A DNA stretch of 64,000 nt from an uncultured delta proteobacterium (GCA_963814585.1 CAWFDF010000004.1:352001-416000), one strand, 5' to 3'. Positions 40,369-50,007 are shown, counted from the first letter of the stretch. Notes: a model not told the origin generated them from the letters alone. Numbers and translations are program-made.

Positions 40369-40460
40369 CTGGGGCTCTCCGGAAGGGGTGAGGAGGCTTG
40401 CCCATAGCGCGCCGGCGTGGGCGCCCGCAAGCGCCACCGACGTGCCATACTGCGCCGCGC

Positions 40461-41709
40461 ATGCCGACTCGTCGTCGCCCCGGCGCCGCGCGCCCCACCA
40501 AGTCCGCGCGTCCCACCAAGGTACACGCGCCCTCCCAGGCCGGGAAGGCCGCCTCACCGAGGCCGCGCGCTCCCAGTCCGGAAGGCCCGCTCTCACCGAG
40601 GCCGCGCGCCCACCAGGCCGGCGCGCCTCACCAAGGCCGCGCGTCCCCCAGGCCGAGGTCCCACCGAGGCCGCGCGCCCTCCCAGGTCCGGGAAGGCTCG
40701 CCCTGCTCCCGCGGCCGCCCTGGCCCGTCCCGTCACGGCGCGGCGCTCGCGAGCGCTCATCGACTACGGCCGGACCGTGCTGGCGGCCGAGGCCGCCGCC
40801 ATCGGCCGCGTCCAGCTGGGCGAGCCCTTCGCCCGGGCCGTCGAGTGGATCCTCGGCTGCACCGGCCGGGTGGTGATCACCGGCATGGGCAAGCCCGGCT
40901 TCGTGGCGCAGAAGATCTCCGCCACCCTGGCCTCCACCGGCACGCCCTCCCACTTCGTCCACCCCGCCGAGGCCGCCCACGGGGACCTCGGCCGCATCGC
41001 CCGCGAGGACGTCATCATCGCCCTCTCCAACTCCGGCGAGACCGAGGAGCTGCTGCGGCTGCTCCCGGCCCTGAAGAAGATCGGCGCCCGGATCGTGGCC
41101 GTCACCAGGGACACGGTGAACCCGCTGGCGCGCGGCGCCGACCTGGCCATCGCCTTCGGAAACGTCGAGGAGGCCTGCCCCATGGGCCTGGCCCCCACCG
41201 CCTCCACCGCGGTGCTGCTGGCGGTGGGCGACGCCCTGGCCATGACCGTGCTGGAGAACCGCGAGTTCTCCAGGGAGGAGTACGCCCTCTTCCACCCCGG
41301 CGGGAAGCTGGGCCGCGGCCTCATGAAGGTGCACGAGCTGATGCGCCAGGGCGAGGCCTGCCCGCTGGTGGCCGAGTCGGCGCCGCTCAGCGCCGCGGTG
41401 GCGGTGATGACCGAGACCCCGGGACGGCCCGGCGCCACCGGCGTCCACGACGCCGCCGGCAAGCTGGTCGGCATCTTCACCGACGGTGACCTACGCCGGC
41501 TGGTGGAGCTGGGGCAGACCGACTTCACCCGTCCGGTGGCGGTCGCCATGGGGCGCCACCCGCGCACCATCCGGCCCGACGACCTGCTGGTGGACGCCGC
41601 CCGGGTGCTCCGCGAGGCCCGCATCGACCAGGTGCCGGTGGTGGACGGCGAGGGCCGCATGGTCGGCCTGCTCGACGTCCAGGACCTGCTGGCCGCCAAG
41701 ATCCTGTGA
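40461..41709 (+). CDS. kdsD: KpsF/GutQ arabinose-5-phosphate isomerase with basic repetitive N-terminal extension (apparent indels in the extension)
   Basis: [47 protein letters not shown] pair; start uncertain. Confidence 0.9.
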
Positions 41710-41718
41710 GAGTGCCAT

Positions 41719-41976
41719 GCCGCAGGCGAGGTGGCGTCGTGAGCGCGCCGAGACCGGATCGAGGCCGTGCGCCAGAGGAGCGAGCAACGCACGCGCAGTC
41801 AACCTGAGCCGAGCGGACCGACGAGGCCGCCGGCCGCAGGCGAGGTGGCGTCGTGAGCGCGCCGAGACCGGATCGAGGCCGGCGCCCGAGGAGCGAGCAG
41901 CGCACGCGCAGTCAACCTGCGCCGAGCAGCGGACCGCCGAGGCCGCCGGCCGCAGCGAGAGGATTGGCGCTCGCAG
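41719..41976. repeat. Tandem about 115-bp structured intergenic repeat (two copies plus terminal hairpin)
   Basis: GCCGCAGGCGAGGTGGCGTCGTGAGCGCGCCGAGACCGGATCGAGGCC... at 41719 and 41833; GCGAG-N10-CTCGC hairpin at 41955-41974. Confidence 0.88.
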
Positions 41977-42004
41977 CGGTCTTCTCGCACGGGACCGGTC
42001 ACGG

Positions 42005-42652
42005 ATGACCCCCAGCGCGCTCCGCCTCGCCCTCTGCGCCGCCGGCCGCCGGCTGCTGGAGGCCGACCTGATCGCCGCCACCGAGGGCAACCTCTCGGCC
42101 CGGCTCCCCGGCGGCACCTTCCTGGTCACGCCGTCGGGCTGCTCGAAGGCGACGCTGCGGCCCGATGACCTGCTCGAGGTGGACGCGGCCGGGCGGGTGG
42201 TCTCCGGCGCCGGCCGACCCTCCACCGAGCTGGCCATGCACCTGGCCGCCTTCTCGGCCCGCCCCGACGCCATGGCGCTGGTCCATGCCCACCCCGTCAC
42301 CGCGGTGGCGTTCACCATCGCCGGCGCCGCGTGGCCCGGCGACCTGGTCCCCGAGGCGGCGGTGACGCTCGGGCCGGTGGCGATCGCCCCCTTCGCCACC
42401 CCCGGCACCGCCGAGGTGCCGGCCTCGCTGGCGCCGCTCCTGCCGGGCCACGACGTGCTGCTGCTCACCCGCCACGGCGCGCTCTGCCTGGGGCGCACCG
42501 TCGACGAGGCGGTCGGGCGCATGGAGACGCTGGAGCGGGTGGCGCGGATGGCGCTCATCGCCATGGCGGTCGGTCGCTGCGAGCCGCTGCCGCGGGCCGC
42601 GGTGGACGCGGTGCTGCGGGCCGCCGGGAGGCCGCCGCGGGGCGAGCGGTGA
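42005..42652 (+). CDS. Class II aldolase/adducin family protein
   Basis: TEGNLSAR, TPSG.SK, PSTELAMH, VHAHP, HGA. Confidence 0.9.
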   Translation: MTPSALRLALCAAGRRLLEADLIAATEGNLSARLPGGTFLVTPSGCSKATLRPDDLLEVDAAGRVVSGAGRPSTELAMHLAAFSARPDAMALVHAHPVTAVAFTIAGAAWPGDLVPEAAVTLGPVAIAPFATPGTAEVPASLAPLLPGHDVLLLTRHGALCLGRTVDEAVGRMETLERVARMALIAMAVGRCEPLPRAAVDAVLRAAGRPPRGER

Positions 42653-42732
42653 TGCGGGTCGGGAGAGCCAAGCCCGAAGCGAGGACGGGGCCCGAGGAGG
42701 GAGCAGCGGAGGCGTGCCAGCGCTGGTGCCGC

Positions 42733-42892
42733 GCCCCAGGCAAGATGGCGTGCCGAGAGTGTCGAGACCGATGCGAGGCTGGCGCCCGAGGTGGGAGCGG
42801 TGGAAGCGGACCAGCGCTACGTTGAGCGGCGGACCGACGAGGCCGCCCGCCGCAGCGAGAGGATCGGCACTCGCAGGAGGCATCTCGCCTGG
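42733..42892. repeat. Diverged third copy of the structured repeat, with imperfect terminal inverted repeats (MITE-like)
   Basis: Shares CGAGGCtGGCGCCCGAGG and GCGGACCGACGAGGCCGCC.GCCGCAGCGAGAGGAT.GGC.CTCGCAG; CCAGGCAAGATG (42736) pairs with CATCTCGCCTGG (42881-42892). Confidence 0.7.
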
Positions 42893-43008
42893 ATCGGGGC
42901 ACTCGGTGGCGCTGGCGATGCGCGGGCCGCGCACGGCCGGCGGGGCGCTCTCAGTCGATGCGGCCGCTCTCGCTGGAGGCGCAGGATGCGTTCCTCCAGC
43001 GGGCGGCG

Positions 43009-44550
43009 TCAGGTGGCGCGGCCAGCGCGCTGATAGCGTCCCATCCAGCGCGCACCGAACGCCTGCCGCGCCGCGAGAGCGTTGTGGTGGTGGCAGGTGA
43101 GGCGAAGGTTGTCCTCCATCTTGCCACCGGACCTGGCCCACGGCACGACGTGGTCGAGCTCGAGCTGGTGGGTGGAGCCGCACACGCCCCCGCCATCGAT
43201 CGGCCAGCAGCAGCGGCCGCCATCCCGCTCCCAGACGGCACGACGGACGGCGGCGGGAATGGTTTCGCGGGGACCGGTACGGCGAGGCGGACGTGGCTCC
43301 GTGGTGGGCGGGCCGGTCGGTCGTGGCTCGGTCGGGAGGACCGCGAAGTGTGGCGAGGTCTCCTGCAGCGGCCGCGCCAGGCCGCCCTGCGACTTCGAGA
43401 TGATGCTTACTGCCTCCGCCTGCGGTGCAACCACGGGAGGTTCCTCCGCCCGAGGCGCCGCCACGCGAGGTGCATCCGCCCGAGGTGCCGCCACGCAAGG
43501 TGCATCCGCCCGAGGTGCCGCCACGCGAGGTGCATCCGCCCGAGGTGCCGCAACGCAAGGTGCATCCGCCCGAGGTGCCGCTACGCAAGGTGCATCCGCT
43601 TGCGTTGCCACCGCGCGAGGTGCCTCCGCCTGAGGTGCCTCCACGGCGAGCGTGGTCCGCGGCCTCTTCACCTGCCCCCGCGCCCTGGCCTGCTTCTCCA
43701 GCAGCAGGTCGAGCGCCGCCTCGAGGACCTGCTCCATGGTGGCGCCGCGGATGGCGTGGGAGAGCCCATCGCGAGCGGCCTCCAGCTTCTGCACCACCCG
43801 CGTGCCGACGTTGAAGTGGACCCGGCGCACTTCGGCCGTGAGCGGCACGACCTCGTCGCGCTTGGTCAGGAGGGTGCCGGCTCCCCCAATGGCACCTCCC
43901 CCATTCGCGAAGTCTGACGTCAGAACTCGCGAAAGAGGGACCTCGGCCGGGTGCGTGCCGGTCAGCGGTGCGGACTCGGGCGCGAAAGCAGTCGGGGACG
44001 CCAACGTGAGCAAGGGTTGAGTGATGGTGGCCGGTGACGCCACCGACTGGTCCTGCACCCGGGTCACCACCATCCTCGTGCTCGGAACCGGACGCGGCTG
44101 GAGTTCGGCGACCAGCTCCTGGGCCTCGCGGGCCGAGCGGCCGAAGAAGCGGGGAGCCACGACGGTGAGGTTCTCCCTGGTCAGCACCTTGGCCAGTTCG
44201 GCGACGGTTGAGAGGCAGAGCCGGCCGTCGCGGAGCGGCTCGATCACCTCGGGAAAGTCCTGGAGCAGCTCGGCGGCGCTCTTCCGGTAGAAGGCCGCGC
44301 TCTTCGAGAGCTGCAGCTCGACGTGCAGGAAGGCGAACAGGTTGGCGTGCCCGAGCGGCTCCCAGCCGCGGCGGTGATCGAAGTCGGCCAGCGCGACCAG
44401 GAAGTCGGCCATGGCGGCCTGCTCGGTGCGGAGCAGGGTCTTGAGTGAGTCGCGGAGCCGGCGTGCTTCCAGGAGTTCGAGCGGACGGCTGGCCGGAGCG
44501 TGAGCGAGTGCCGCGGCCGAGGACACAGTCGGTTGCGCGTGGTTGATCAT
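43009..44550 (-). CDS. HNH endonuclease (DUF222/13E12-like architecture) with internal decapeptide repeats
   Basis: C-terminal IPAAVRRAVWERDGGRC...CGS...LELDHVVPWARSG...NLRLTCHHHN; helical N-terminal domain; more A/T third positions than its neighbours. Confidence 0.88.
   Translation of the reverse strand: MINHAQPTVSSAAALAHAPASRPLELLEARRLRDSLKTLLRTEQAAMADFLVALADFDHRRGWEPLGHANLFAFLHVELQLSKSAAFYRKSAAELLQDFPEVIEPLRDGRLCLSTVAELAKVLTRENLTVVAPRFFGRSAREAQELVAELQPRPVPSTRMVVTRVQDQSVASPATITQPLLTLASPTAFAPESAPLTGTHPAEVPLSRVLTSDFANGGGAIGGAGTLLTKRDEVVPLTAEVRRVHFNVGTRVVQKLEAARDGLSHAIRGATMEQVLEAALDLLLEKQARARGQVKRPRTTLAVEAPQAEAPRAVATQADAPCVAAPRADAPCVAAPRADAPRVAAPRADAPCVAAPRADAPRVAAPRAEEPPVVAPQAEAVSIISKSQGGLARPLQETSPHFAVLPTEPRPTGPPTTEPRPPRRTGPRETIPAAVRRAVWERDGGRCCWPIDGGGVCGSTHQLELDHVVPWARSGGKMEDNLRLTCHHHNALAARQAFGARWMGRYQRAGRAT
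43441..43640 (-). repeat. 30-bp coding tandem repeat (ADAP[C/R]VAAPR), about 6 copies
   Basis: TGCATCCGCCCGAGGTGCCGCCACGC[G/A]AGG repeated within the HNH ORF. Confidence 0.93.
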
Positions 44551-44556
44551 TCACGC

Positions 44557-44578
44557 AGCGTCTCATGCGGGTCTGACA
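44557..44578 (-). promoter_or_regulatory. RecA-NDp/PafBC-like promoter motif before the leaderless HNH gene
   Basis: Minus strand TGTCAG-acccgcatga-GA-cgc-T-gcgtga-ATG. Confidence 0.55.
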
Positions 44579-44863
44579 TTTTCGGCCAAGGGAGGATGCA
44601 TGGAACCCAACAGGGACGGGTGTTTGGTGCCAGTCAAGACATCGCTGACAGTTGGCTGCATGGCGTCGCCCGAGGCCAATCGCCCTTCGCATCGCCCTCC
44701 GGTCGCCCTTCGGTAGCGCTCGCAGTGCAGAGCGCCGCTTGCCGCCGCCAGCGCCCCGTCCGCCCGTCCCGGCTCCGCTTGCGCACGCAGGCCTCTTCTC
44801 CGCGCCCATGGCTCGCCGAACCGTGACGACCACCCTCCCCGTCGCGCCGTCCGCCCAGGCTCA

Positions 44864-44986
44864 CCGACCGCCGCTCCTCCCGACCGCCGCCTTTCCCGAC
44901 TGCCGCTCCTCCCGGCCGCCGCTGTTCCCGACTGCCGCTCCTCCCGGCCGCCGCTCCTCCCGACCGCCGCGCCTCCCGACCGCCGA
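44864..44986. repeat. Non-coding 16-17 bp minisatellite (CCGACCGCCGCTCCTC-like), about 7 copies
   Basis: Imperfect tandem units between the HNH upstream region and the folK 3' end. Confidence 0.85.
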
Positions 44987-45014
44987 CGACTTCGAGGGGG
45001 ACCTGGCGCCCGCC

Positions 45015-45503
45015 TCAGATCGGATACGCCCCGACGTCCATCAGCTCCCACGCCGGCGCCTCGGCCAGCAGCTCCGCCACCGTCCGCCCGGTCCCCGGCA
45101 CCACTCGCTCGCCGCCGAGCTCGGCCAGCGGCTGGAGCACGAAGCGGCGCGCGGCCAGCGCCGGGTGCGGGAGCACCAGCCCCGGCTCGGCGACGAGGGC
45201 GTCGCCGACGAGGAGCAGGTCGAGATCCAGCGTGCGCGCCCCCCAGCGGACGTCGCGGCGGCGGCGGGCCCGGCGCTCCACCGCCTGCAGCGCGGCCAGC
45301 AGCGCCCGCGGCGGCAGGGTGGTCTCCAGCTCCAGCACGGCGTTGAGGTAGCGCGGCTGCGGCGGGCCGAGCGGCGCCGAGTCCCAGACCCGCGAGCCAC
45401 GCACCACGGCGACGCCCGGCGTGGCGCGCAGCGCGCGCGCCGCCAGCGCCAGCCAGGCCCAGCGACTCCCGAGGTTGGTCCCGACGCCGACGAAGGCCCG
45501 CAT
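45015..45503 (-). CDS. folK: 2-amino-4-hydroxy-6-hydroxymethyldihydropteridine diphosphokinase
   Basis: VGVGTNLG, QPRYLNAV, RWGARTLDLDLL, LPHP...RRFVLQPLAEL. Confidence 0.93.
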   Translation of the reverse strand: MRAFVGVGTNLGSRWAWLALAARALRATPGVAVVRGSRVWDSAPLGPPQPRYLNAVLELETTLPPRALLAALQAVERRARRRRDVRWGARTLDLDLLLVGDALVAEPGLVLPHPALAARRFVLQPLAELGGERVVPGTGRTVAELLAEAPAWELMDVGAYPI

Positions 45504-45659
45504 GGCGCATTCCTAGCCCGGCGCGGCCCGGACCGCCACCGCCCGAGGCGGCGTGTACGGAGCATTGAAGATGTCCGCCCCGTGAGCTTTCGAAGATGTC
45601 CGCATTCCAGGGGGTATGTTGGACGGGTCGGATGGACTCGATGGCGTCGCTGGCCGCCC

Positions 45660-45800
45660 GACACGTGCTCGACGGTCCGCGGTGCGGCGGCCGGATGCAG
45701 CTCATCGCCGAGGCCGGGGTGGCGGGGAGGTTCCCCGATCACCTCGGGGTGCGCCGATCGGTGCCGCGGCCGATCCGATGCCAGGGCCCCTCCCCCCGGC
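45660..45800 (+). mobile_element. Degraded relic of an IS91/ISCR-family transposase C-terminus
   Basis: Reads HVLDGPRCGGRMQLIA...DHLGV...PRP...QGP, resembling the CPxCGGxMxxIA...ILxHLG...ARGPP tail of IS91-type transposases. Confidence 0.5.
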
Positions 45801-45818
45801 TGGCTCCGGCGCTCGGCC

Positions 45819-47234
45819 TCACGCCGCGCGCGGGCTGGTGCCCGGCGCCTCCCAGGCCGGGTTGCGATCGTGCATGGCGGCCAGCAGGCCGACCATCCGG
45901 CCCATGACCTGCGCCGGGTCGGCCTCGCCGGAGACCGCCTCCTGGACGCCCGCGGCCACCGCGTGGGCGGCGTAGGCCCCTTCCGCGTACTTCCCCGCCG
46001 CCACGTCCGGGCCGGCCTTCCCGCCTCCGGCGCCGCCCGGCCGCAAGGTCCGGCGCAGCTCGGCCACGATCGCCTCGTCGGAGTCCCGCCAGTCCTGGAT
46101 CTGGAGCAGCGTGCGTCCCTCCAGCGAGGCCAGCGGCGTCTGGACGATGGCCCGCGCCACCTCGGCCGCCGAGGCCTTGGCCACGCCGGCGGTCACCGCC
46201 GTATCGCCCAGGTGGATCCGGCCGAGGTCCCGGTCGGCCTCGGCGACCAGCCGGTTGGCCCACTGCGACGCCCCCTTGAAGGAGAGCAGCCGCACCGTCT
46301 CCGCCGCCAGGTAGGCGCGGGCCAGGTCGGCCGGGTGCGGGTCCTCCGCGTCGCCGTCGGTCCGGAGCGCCGGCGTCCCGCCCCAGGCGCCGTTCATCCC
46401 GCGGAAGTACCCGATCAGCCCCTCGGCCGCGGCCGGCCCCATGTTGAGCACCCCGAGGACGTCGGACGCGGCCTCGTCGATCCGATCGGCCCAGTAGTCG
46501 GCCACGGCCGGGGCCGCCCTCCCGGCCAGCAGGCGCCTCCTCACCACCTCCGCCAGCTCGTCGGCCAGCCCCACGTCGGCCGCCAGCAGGTCGTGGCCGG
46601 CCACCTCGTGGGCCAGGGCCGGCCAGGCCAGCAGGCCGGAGGTGGCGTTGGCCGCCGGCAGGCTCACCACCGCCACCTCGACGCCGAGCGAGGCGGTGGC
46701 GGTCACCGGCCAGGTGTAGGGACCGGACTCGGAGCTCCCCCAGCGGACCAGGGGTGGCAGGAGGCCGCCCTCCGGTGGCTTCACGCCCTGCTTCCCCTCG
46801 GCGGCCAGGAAGCCGTCGTAGAGGTCGCTGACCACCTCCTGGAAGGCGGCGGTGGCCCGGGCCTGGTAGCCCTCGCCGTGCTGCAGGACCGCCTGCGCCA
46901 CGTCGAGCAGCAGCCCCGCCTCGCCCTCCCGGTCGGGATCCTCCGCCAGCAGCCGGGCGAACCCGGCCGCGCCGAGCTGGTCGAGCCGGCGCAGCAGCGG
47001 CTCGACGGCGGCCTCCCGGTAGGGCGCCGGCAGGCTGGCCTCGGCCCGCACCAGGCGCGCCCGGAGCGTGGCGAAGGCGCGGGGATCGGCGGGGCCGTCG
47101 GCCCCCGCCAGGGCCGCCAGCTGCGCGTCCTCGACGCAGGCCGGCAACCCAGCCAGCGAGGTCGGGTCGGGGCGTGGGCGGGTGACGACGGAGGGGTGAA
47201 GTGGGACGGCCGTGGAGATGGCGGTCAGGTTCAT
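45819..47234 (-). CDS. Hypothetical protein with zincin-like HEXXGH motif
   Basis: LAHEVAGHD, downstream DEAASD and DPHP; GGGAG RBS. Confidence 0.7.
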   Translation of the reverse strand: MNLTAISTAVPLHPSVVTRPRPDPTSLAGLPACVEDAQLAALAGADGPADPRAFATLRARLVRAEASLPAPYREAAVEPLLRRLDQLGAAGFARLLAEDPDREGEAGLLLDVAQAVLQHGEGYQARATAAFQEVVSDLYDGFLAAEGKQGVKPPEGGLLPPLVRWGSSESGPYTWPVTATASLGVEVAVVSLPAANATSGLLAWPALAHEVAGHDLLAADVGLADELAEVVRRRLLAGRAAPAVADYWADRIDEAASDVLGVLNMGPAAAEGLIGYFRGMNGAWGGTPALRTDGDAEDPHPADLARAYLAAETVRLLSFKGASQWANRLVAEADRDLGRIHLGDTAVTAGVAKASAAEVARAIVQTPLASLEGRTLLQIQDWRDSDEAIVAELRRTLRPGGAGGGKAGPDVAAGKYAEGAYAAHAVAAGVQEAVSGEADPAQVMGRMVGLLAAMHDRNPAWEAPGTSPRAA

Positions 47235-47514
47235 GTGGGCTCCCAGGTCTGTTCGACCCGGACCCGGTTGCCATGACCGTGCCGGCGCGCCGGGGCGCCG
47301 ATCGCGCGCCGTCGCCTGCGAACACGGGGGCTTGCGCGATCGCGTCCGTCAGGCGGCCGACGCCACGTGCGTGCCGCGGCCACCGAGGTCTGCGCCGCGG
47401 CCGGGGGCGCGGCCCGGTGCCCGCCCGCACCGGCACGCAGCGGACCGAGGAGTCCGCCCGGCGCAGCCAGGCAGCGTTCGCCGGAGCAGGGCCCGGGCCA
47501 GGGGCGTGGCGCTC

Positions 47515-48267
47515 TCAGCTCACGGGGTTTCGCAGCACCCCGAGCCCGCTCACCTCCACCTCGACCACGTCGCCGGGCTGGATGCGGCTGACGCCCTCGG
47601 GCGTCCCGGTGGCCACCACGTCGCCGGGCCACAGCGTCATGACGCCGGAGATGAAGGCCAGGAGCGCGTAGGCGTCGAAGGCCATGTCGCGGGTGGCGCC
47701 GCGCTGCCGCTCGGCGCCGTTGACCCGACAGACGACGGCCAGGTCGGCCGGGTCGAGGCTGGTGTCGATCCAGGGCCCCACCGGGCAGAAGGTGTCGAAC
47801 CCCTTGGCGCGGGTGAACTGCTTCTCCTCGCGCTGGATGTCACGGGCGGTGACGTCATCGAGGCAGGTGTAGCCGAAGACGGCCTGGCGGGCCTCGGCGG
47901 CGCCGGCGCGGGAGAGGGCGCGCCCCACCACCACCGCCAGCTCCGCCTCGTGCTGCACGTCGCTCGACTGGGGCGGACAGCGGATCGCCTCCTCCGGGCC
48001 GATGACGGCGCTGGGCGGCTTGAGGAAGAGGAGCGGCACCTTCGGCACCTCGTTGCCCAGCTCCCGGGCGTGGGCCAGGTAGTTGCGCCCGACGCAGACC
48101 ACCTTGCTGGGCCGCACCGGCGCCAGCAGCGTCACCTCGGAGAGCGGGACCGGCCTCCCCTCGGCCAGGCCGCCGGACCAGGGCTCGCCAGTGAGGGAGC
48201 GGACCCGGTCCCCCTCGATGACGCCCCACCGCTCCTCGCCGCCGAGGCGGTAGCGGCAGGTCCTCAT
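47515..48267 (-). CDS. Fumarylacetoacetate hydrolase family protein
   Basis: [50 protein letters not shown]. Confidence 0.92.
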   Translation of the reverse strand: MRTCRYRLGGEERWGVIEGDRVRSLTGEPWSGGLAEGRPVPLSEVTLLAPVRPSKVVCVGRNYLAHARELGNEVPKVPLLFLKPPSAVIGPEEAIRCPPQSSDVQHEAELAVVVGRALSRAGAAEARQAVFGYTCLDDVTARDIQREEKQFTRAKGFDTFCPVGPWIDTSLDPADLAVVCRVNGAERQRGATRDMAFDAYALLAFISGVMTLWPGDVVATGTPEGVSRIQPGDVVEVEVSGLGVLRNPVS

Positions 48268-49073
48268 GACCCCTTCCTGAACCCGAGCACGTCGGCCATG
48301 TCGTAGAGGCCCGGCTTCCGGCCCGGCAGCCAGGCGGCGGCGCGGACGGCGCCCCGGGCGAACTGCTCCCGGGCGGTGGCGCGGTGGGTCAGCTCGAGCC
48401 GCTCGCCGTCGCCGCAGAAGTAGACGGTGTGCTCGCCGACGATGTCGCCGCCCCGGACGGTCTGGACGCCGATCTCGCGGGGCGGCCGCTCGCCGATCAT
48501 GCCGTGGCGGGCAAAGGTGAGGTCGGAGGCGGCGTCCCGGCCGAGCGCCCCGGCCGCCACCTCGGCCAGCTTCATGGCGGTGCCGCTCGGCGCGTCCTTC
48601 TTCCGCTTGTGGTGAAGCTCGACGATCTCGACGTCGTAGGCGTCGCCCAGCGCCGCGGCCGCCTGCCTCACCAGCTCGAAGAGGACGTTCACGCCCACGC
48701 TCATGTTGGGCGACAGCAGCACCGGGATGCGCCGCGCCGCGGCCGCCACCCGCGCCCTGGCCTCGGGCGTGAAGCCGGTCGAGCCGATCACCAGCGGCAC
48801 GCCGGCCTCGGCGCAGGCCTCGGCGTGGGCCGCCGAGGCCTCGAAGCCGGTGAAGTCGATGACCGCGCCGGCGCCCGGGAGCGCCGCGGCCAGGGCCTCG
48901 ACCACCGCGACGCCGCCGGGTGCCAGCCCGGCCAGGACCAGGGCGTCCTGCCCCAGGCCACCCGGCGCGCGGTCCACCGCGCCGTGCAGCCGGAGGGTGC
49001 TCGAGGCGGCCACCAGCCGGACGATCTCGCGCCCCATCCGGCCGGCCGCGCCGCTCACCACCACGTTGATCAT
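48264..49073 (-). CDS. dapB: 4-hydroxy-tetrahydrodipicolinate reductase
   Basis: [37 protein letters not shown]. Confidence 0.95.
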   Translation of the reverse strand: MINVVVSGAAGRMGREIVRLVAASSTLRLHGAVDRAPGGLGQDALVLAGLAPGGVAVVEALAAALPGAGAVIDFTGFEASAAHAEACAEAGVPLVIGSTGFTPEARARVAAAARRIPVLLSPNMSVGVNVLFELVRQAAAALGDAYDVEIVELHHKRKKDAPSGTAMKLAEVAAGALGRDAASDLTFARHGMIGERPPREIGVQTVRGGDIVGEHTVYFCGDGERLELTHRATAREQFARGAVRAAAWLPGRKPGLYDMADVLGFRKGS

Positions 49074-49122
49074 CGGGCTCCTCCGCGCCCGGCGAGCCGG
49101 GCCGGGCCGTTGGCGACGGGGC

Positions 49123-50007
49123 TCAGGCCAGCTTCAGGCCGAACTTCTGCATGGCCGCCCGGATCCTGGCCAGGCTGGCCTCCGAGACCGGCGCCAGCGG
49201 CAGCCGCAGCTCCGGCCCGGCGCGCCCCAGCAGCGCCACGCCGGCCTTGACCGGGCCGGGGTTGGTCTCGACGAACATCATCCGGTTCAGCTCGGCCATG
49301 GCCACCTGCAGCCGCAGCCCCGTGGCGAGGTCCCCCTGGCGGCAGGCCACCACCAGCTCCTTCATGGCCCGCGGCGCGATGTTGGCCACCACCGAGATGA
49401 CGCCGTGGCCGCCGCAGGCGATGTAGGGGAGCACGGTGAAGTCGTCGCCGGACAGGTAGGCGAGCCCGTCCTTCCCGCACAGCTCCACGAGCTGGACCTG
49501 GCGGTCCAGGTTGGCGGTCGCCTCCTTGATGCCGCAGATGGCGCCGGCCTTGACGAGCCGGGCCACGGTCTCCGGCAGCAGGTCCACCGCGGTGCGCGAG
49601 GGGACGTTGTAGGCCACCACCGGGAACCGGGCGGCCTCCCAGATGGCCTGGTAGTGCCGGAACAGGCCCTCCTGGGTCGGCTTGTTGTAGTAGGGCGTCA
49701 CCACCAGCGCGGCGTCGGCCTTCAGCTCCCGGGCCGCCTTGACGCCCTCGATGGCCTCGTGCGTGGCGTTGGAGCCGGCGCCGGCGATCACCAGGGCGCG
49801 CCCCTTCACCTGGTCGACCACCGTCTTCACCACCTCGTACCGCTCCCTGGCGGTGAGCGTGGCGCTCTCCCCGGTGGTGCCGCAGGGGATGATGCCGTCG
49901 GTCCCCTCCGCCAGCTGCCACTCGCACAGCTCGCGCAGGCTCTTGTGGTCCACGGCCCCGTCCTTCAAGGGGGTGACGATGGCCACCATCAATCCTTCGA
50001 GGCGCAT
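49123..50007 (-). CDS. dapA: 4-hydroxy-tetrahydrodipicolinate synthase
   Basis: [36 protein letters not shown]. Confidence 0.96.
   Translation of the reverse strand: MRLEGLMVAIVTPLKDGAVDHKSLRELCEWQLAEGTDGIIPCGTTGESATLTARERYEVVKTVVDQVKGRALVIAGAGSNATHEAIEGVKAARELKADAALVVTPYYNKPTQEGLFRHYQAIWEAARFPVVAYNVPSRTAVDLLPETVARLVKAGAICGIKEATANLDRQVQLVELCGKDGLAYLSGDDFTVLPYIACGGHGVISVVANIAPRAMKELVVACRQGDLATGLRLQVAMAELNRMMFVETNPGPVKAGVALLGRAGPELRLPLAPVSEASLARIRAAMQKFGLKLA

Noticed and set aside
41719..41976. About 115-bp repeats as a CRISPR or retron-like array
   Set aside because: Units are too long, the intervening sequence is near-identical between the tandem copies, and there is no cas or reverse transcriptase gene in the window
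43441..43640. 30-bp repeats as a CRISPR array
   Set aside because: Units are contiguous with no unique spacers, lie in frame in the HNH ORF, and no cas genes are present
44645..44650. Second TGTCAG upstream of the HNH gene as another PafBC box
   Set aside because: No -10-like element at the required spacing
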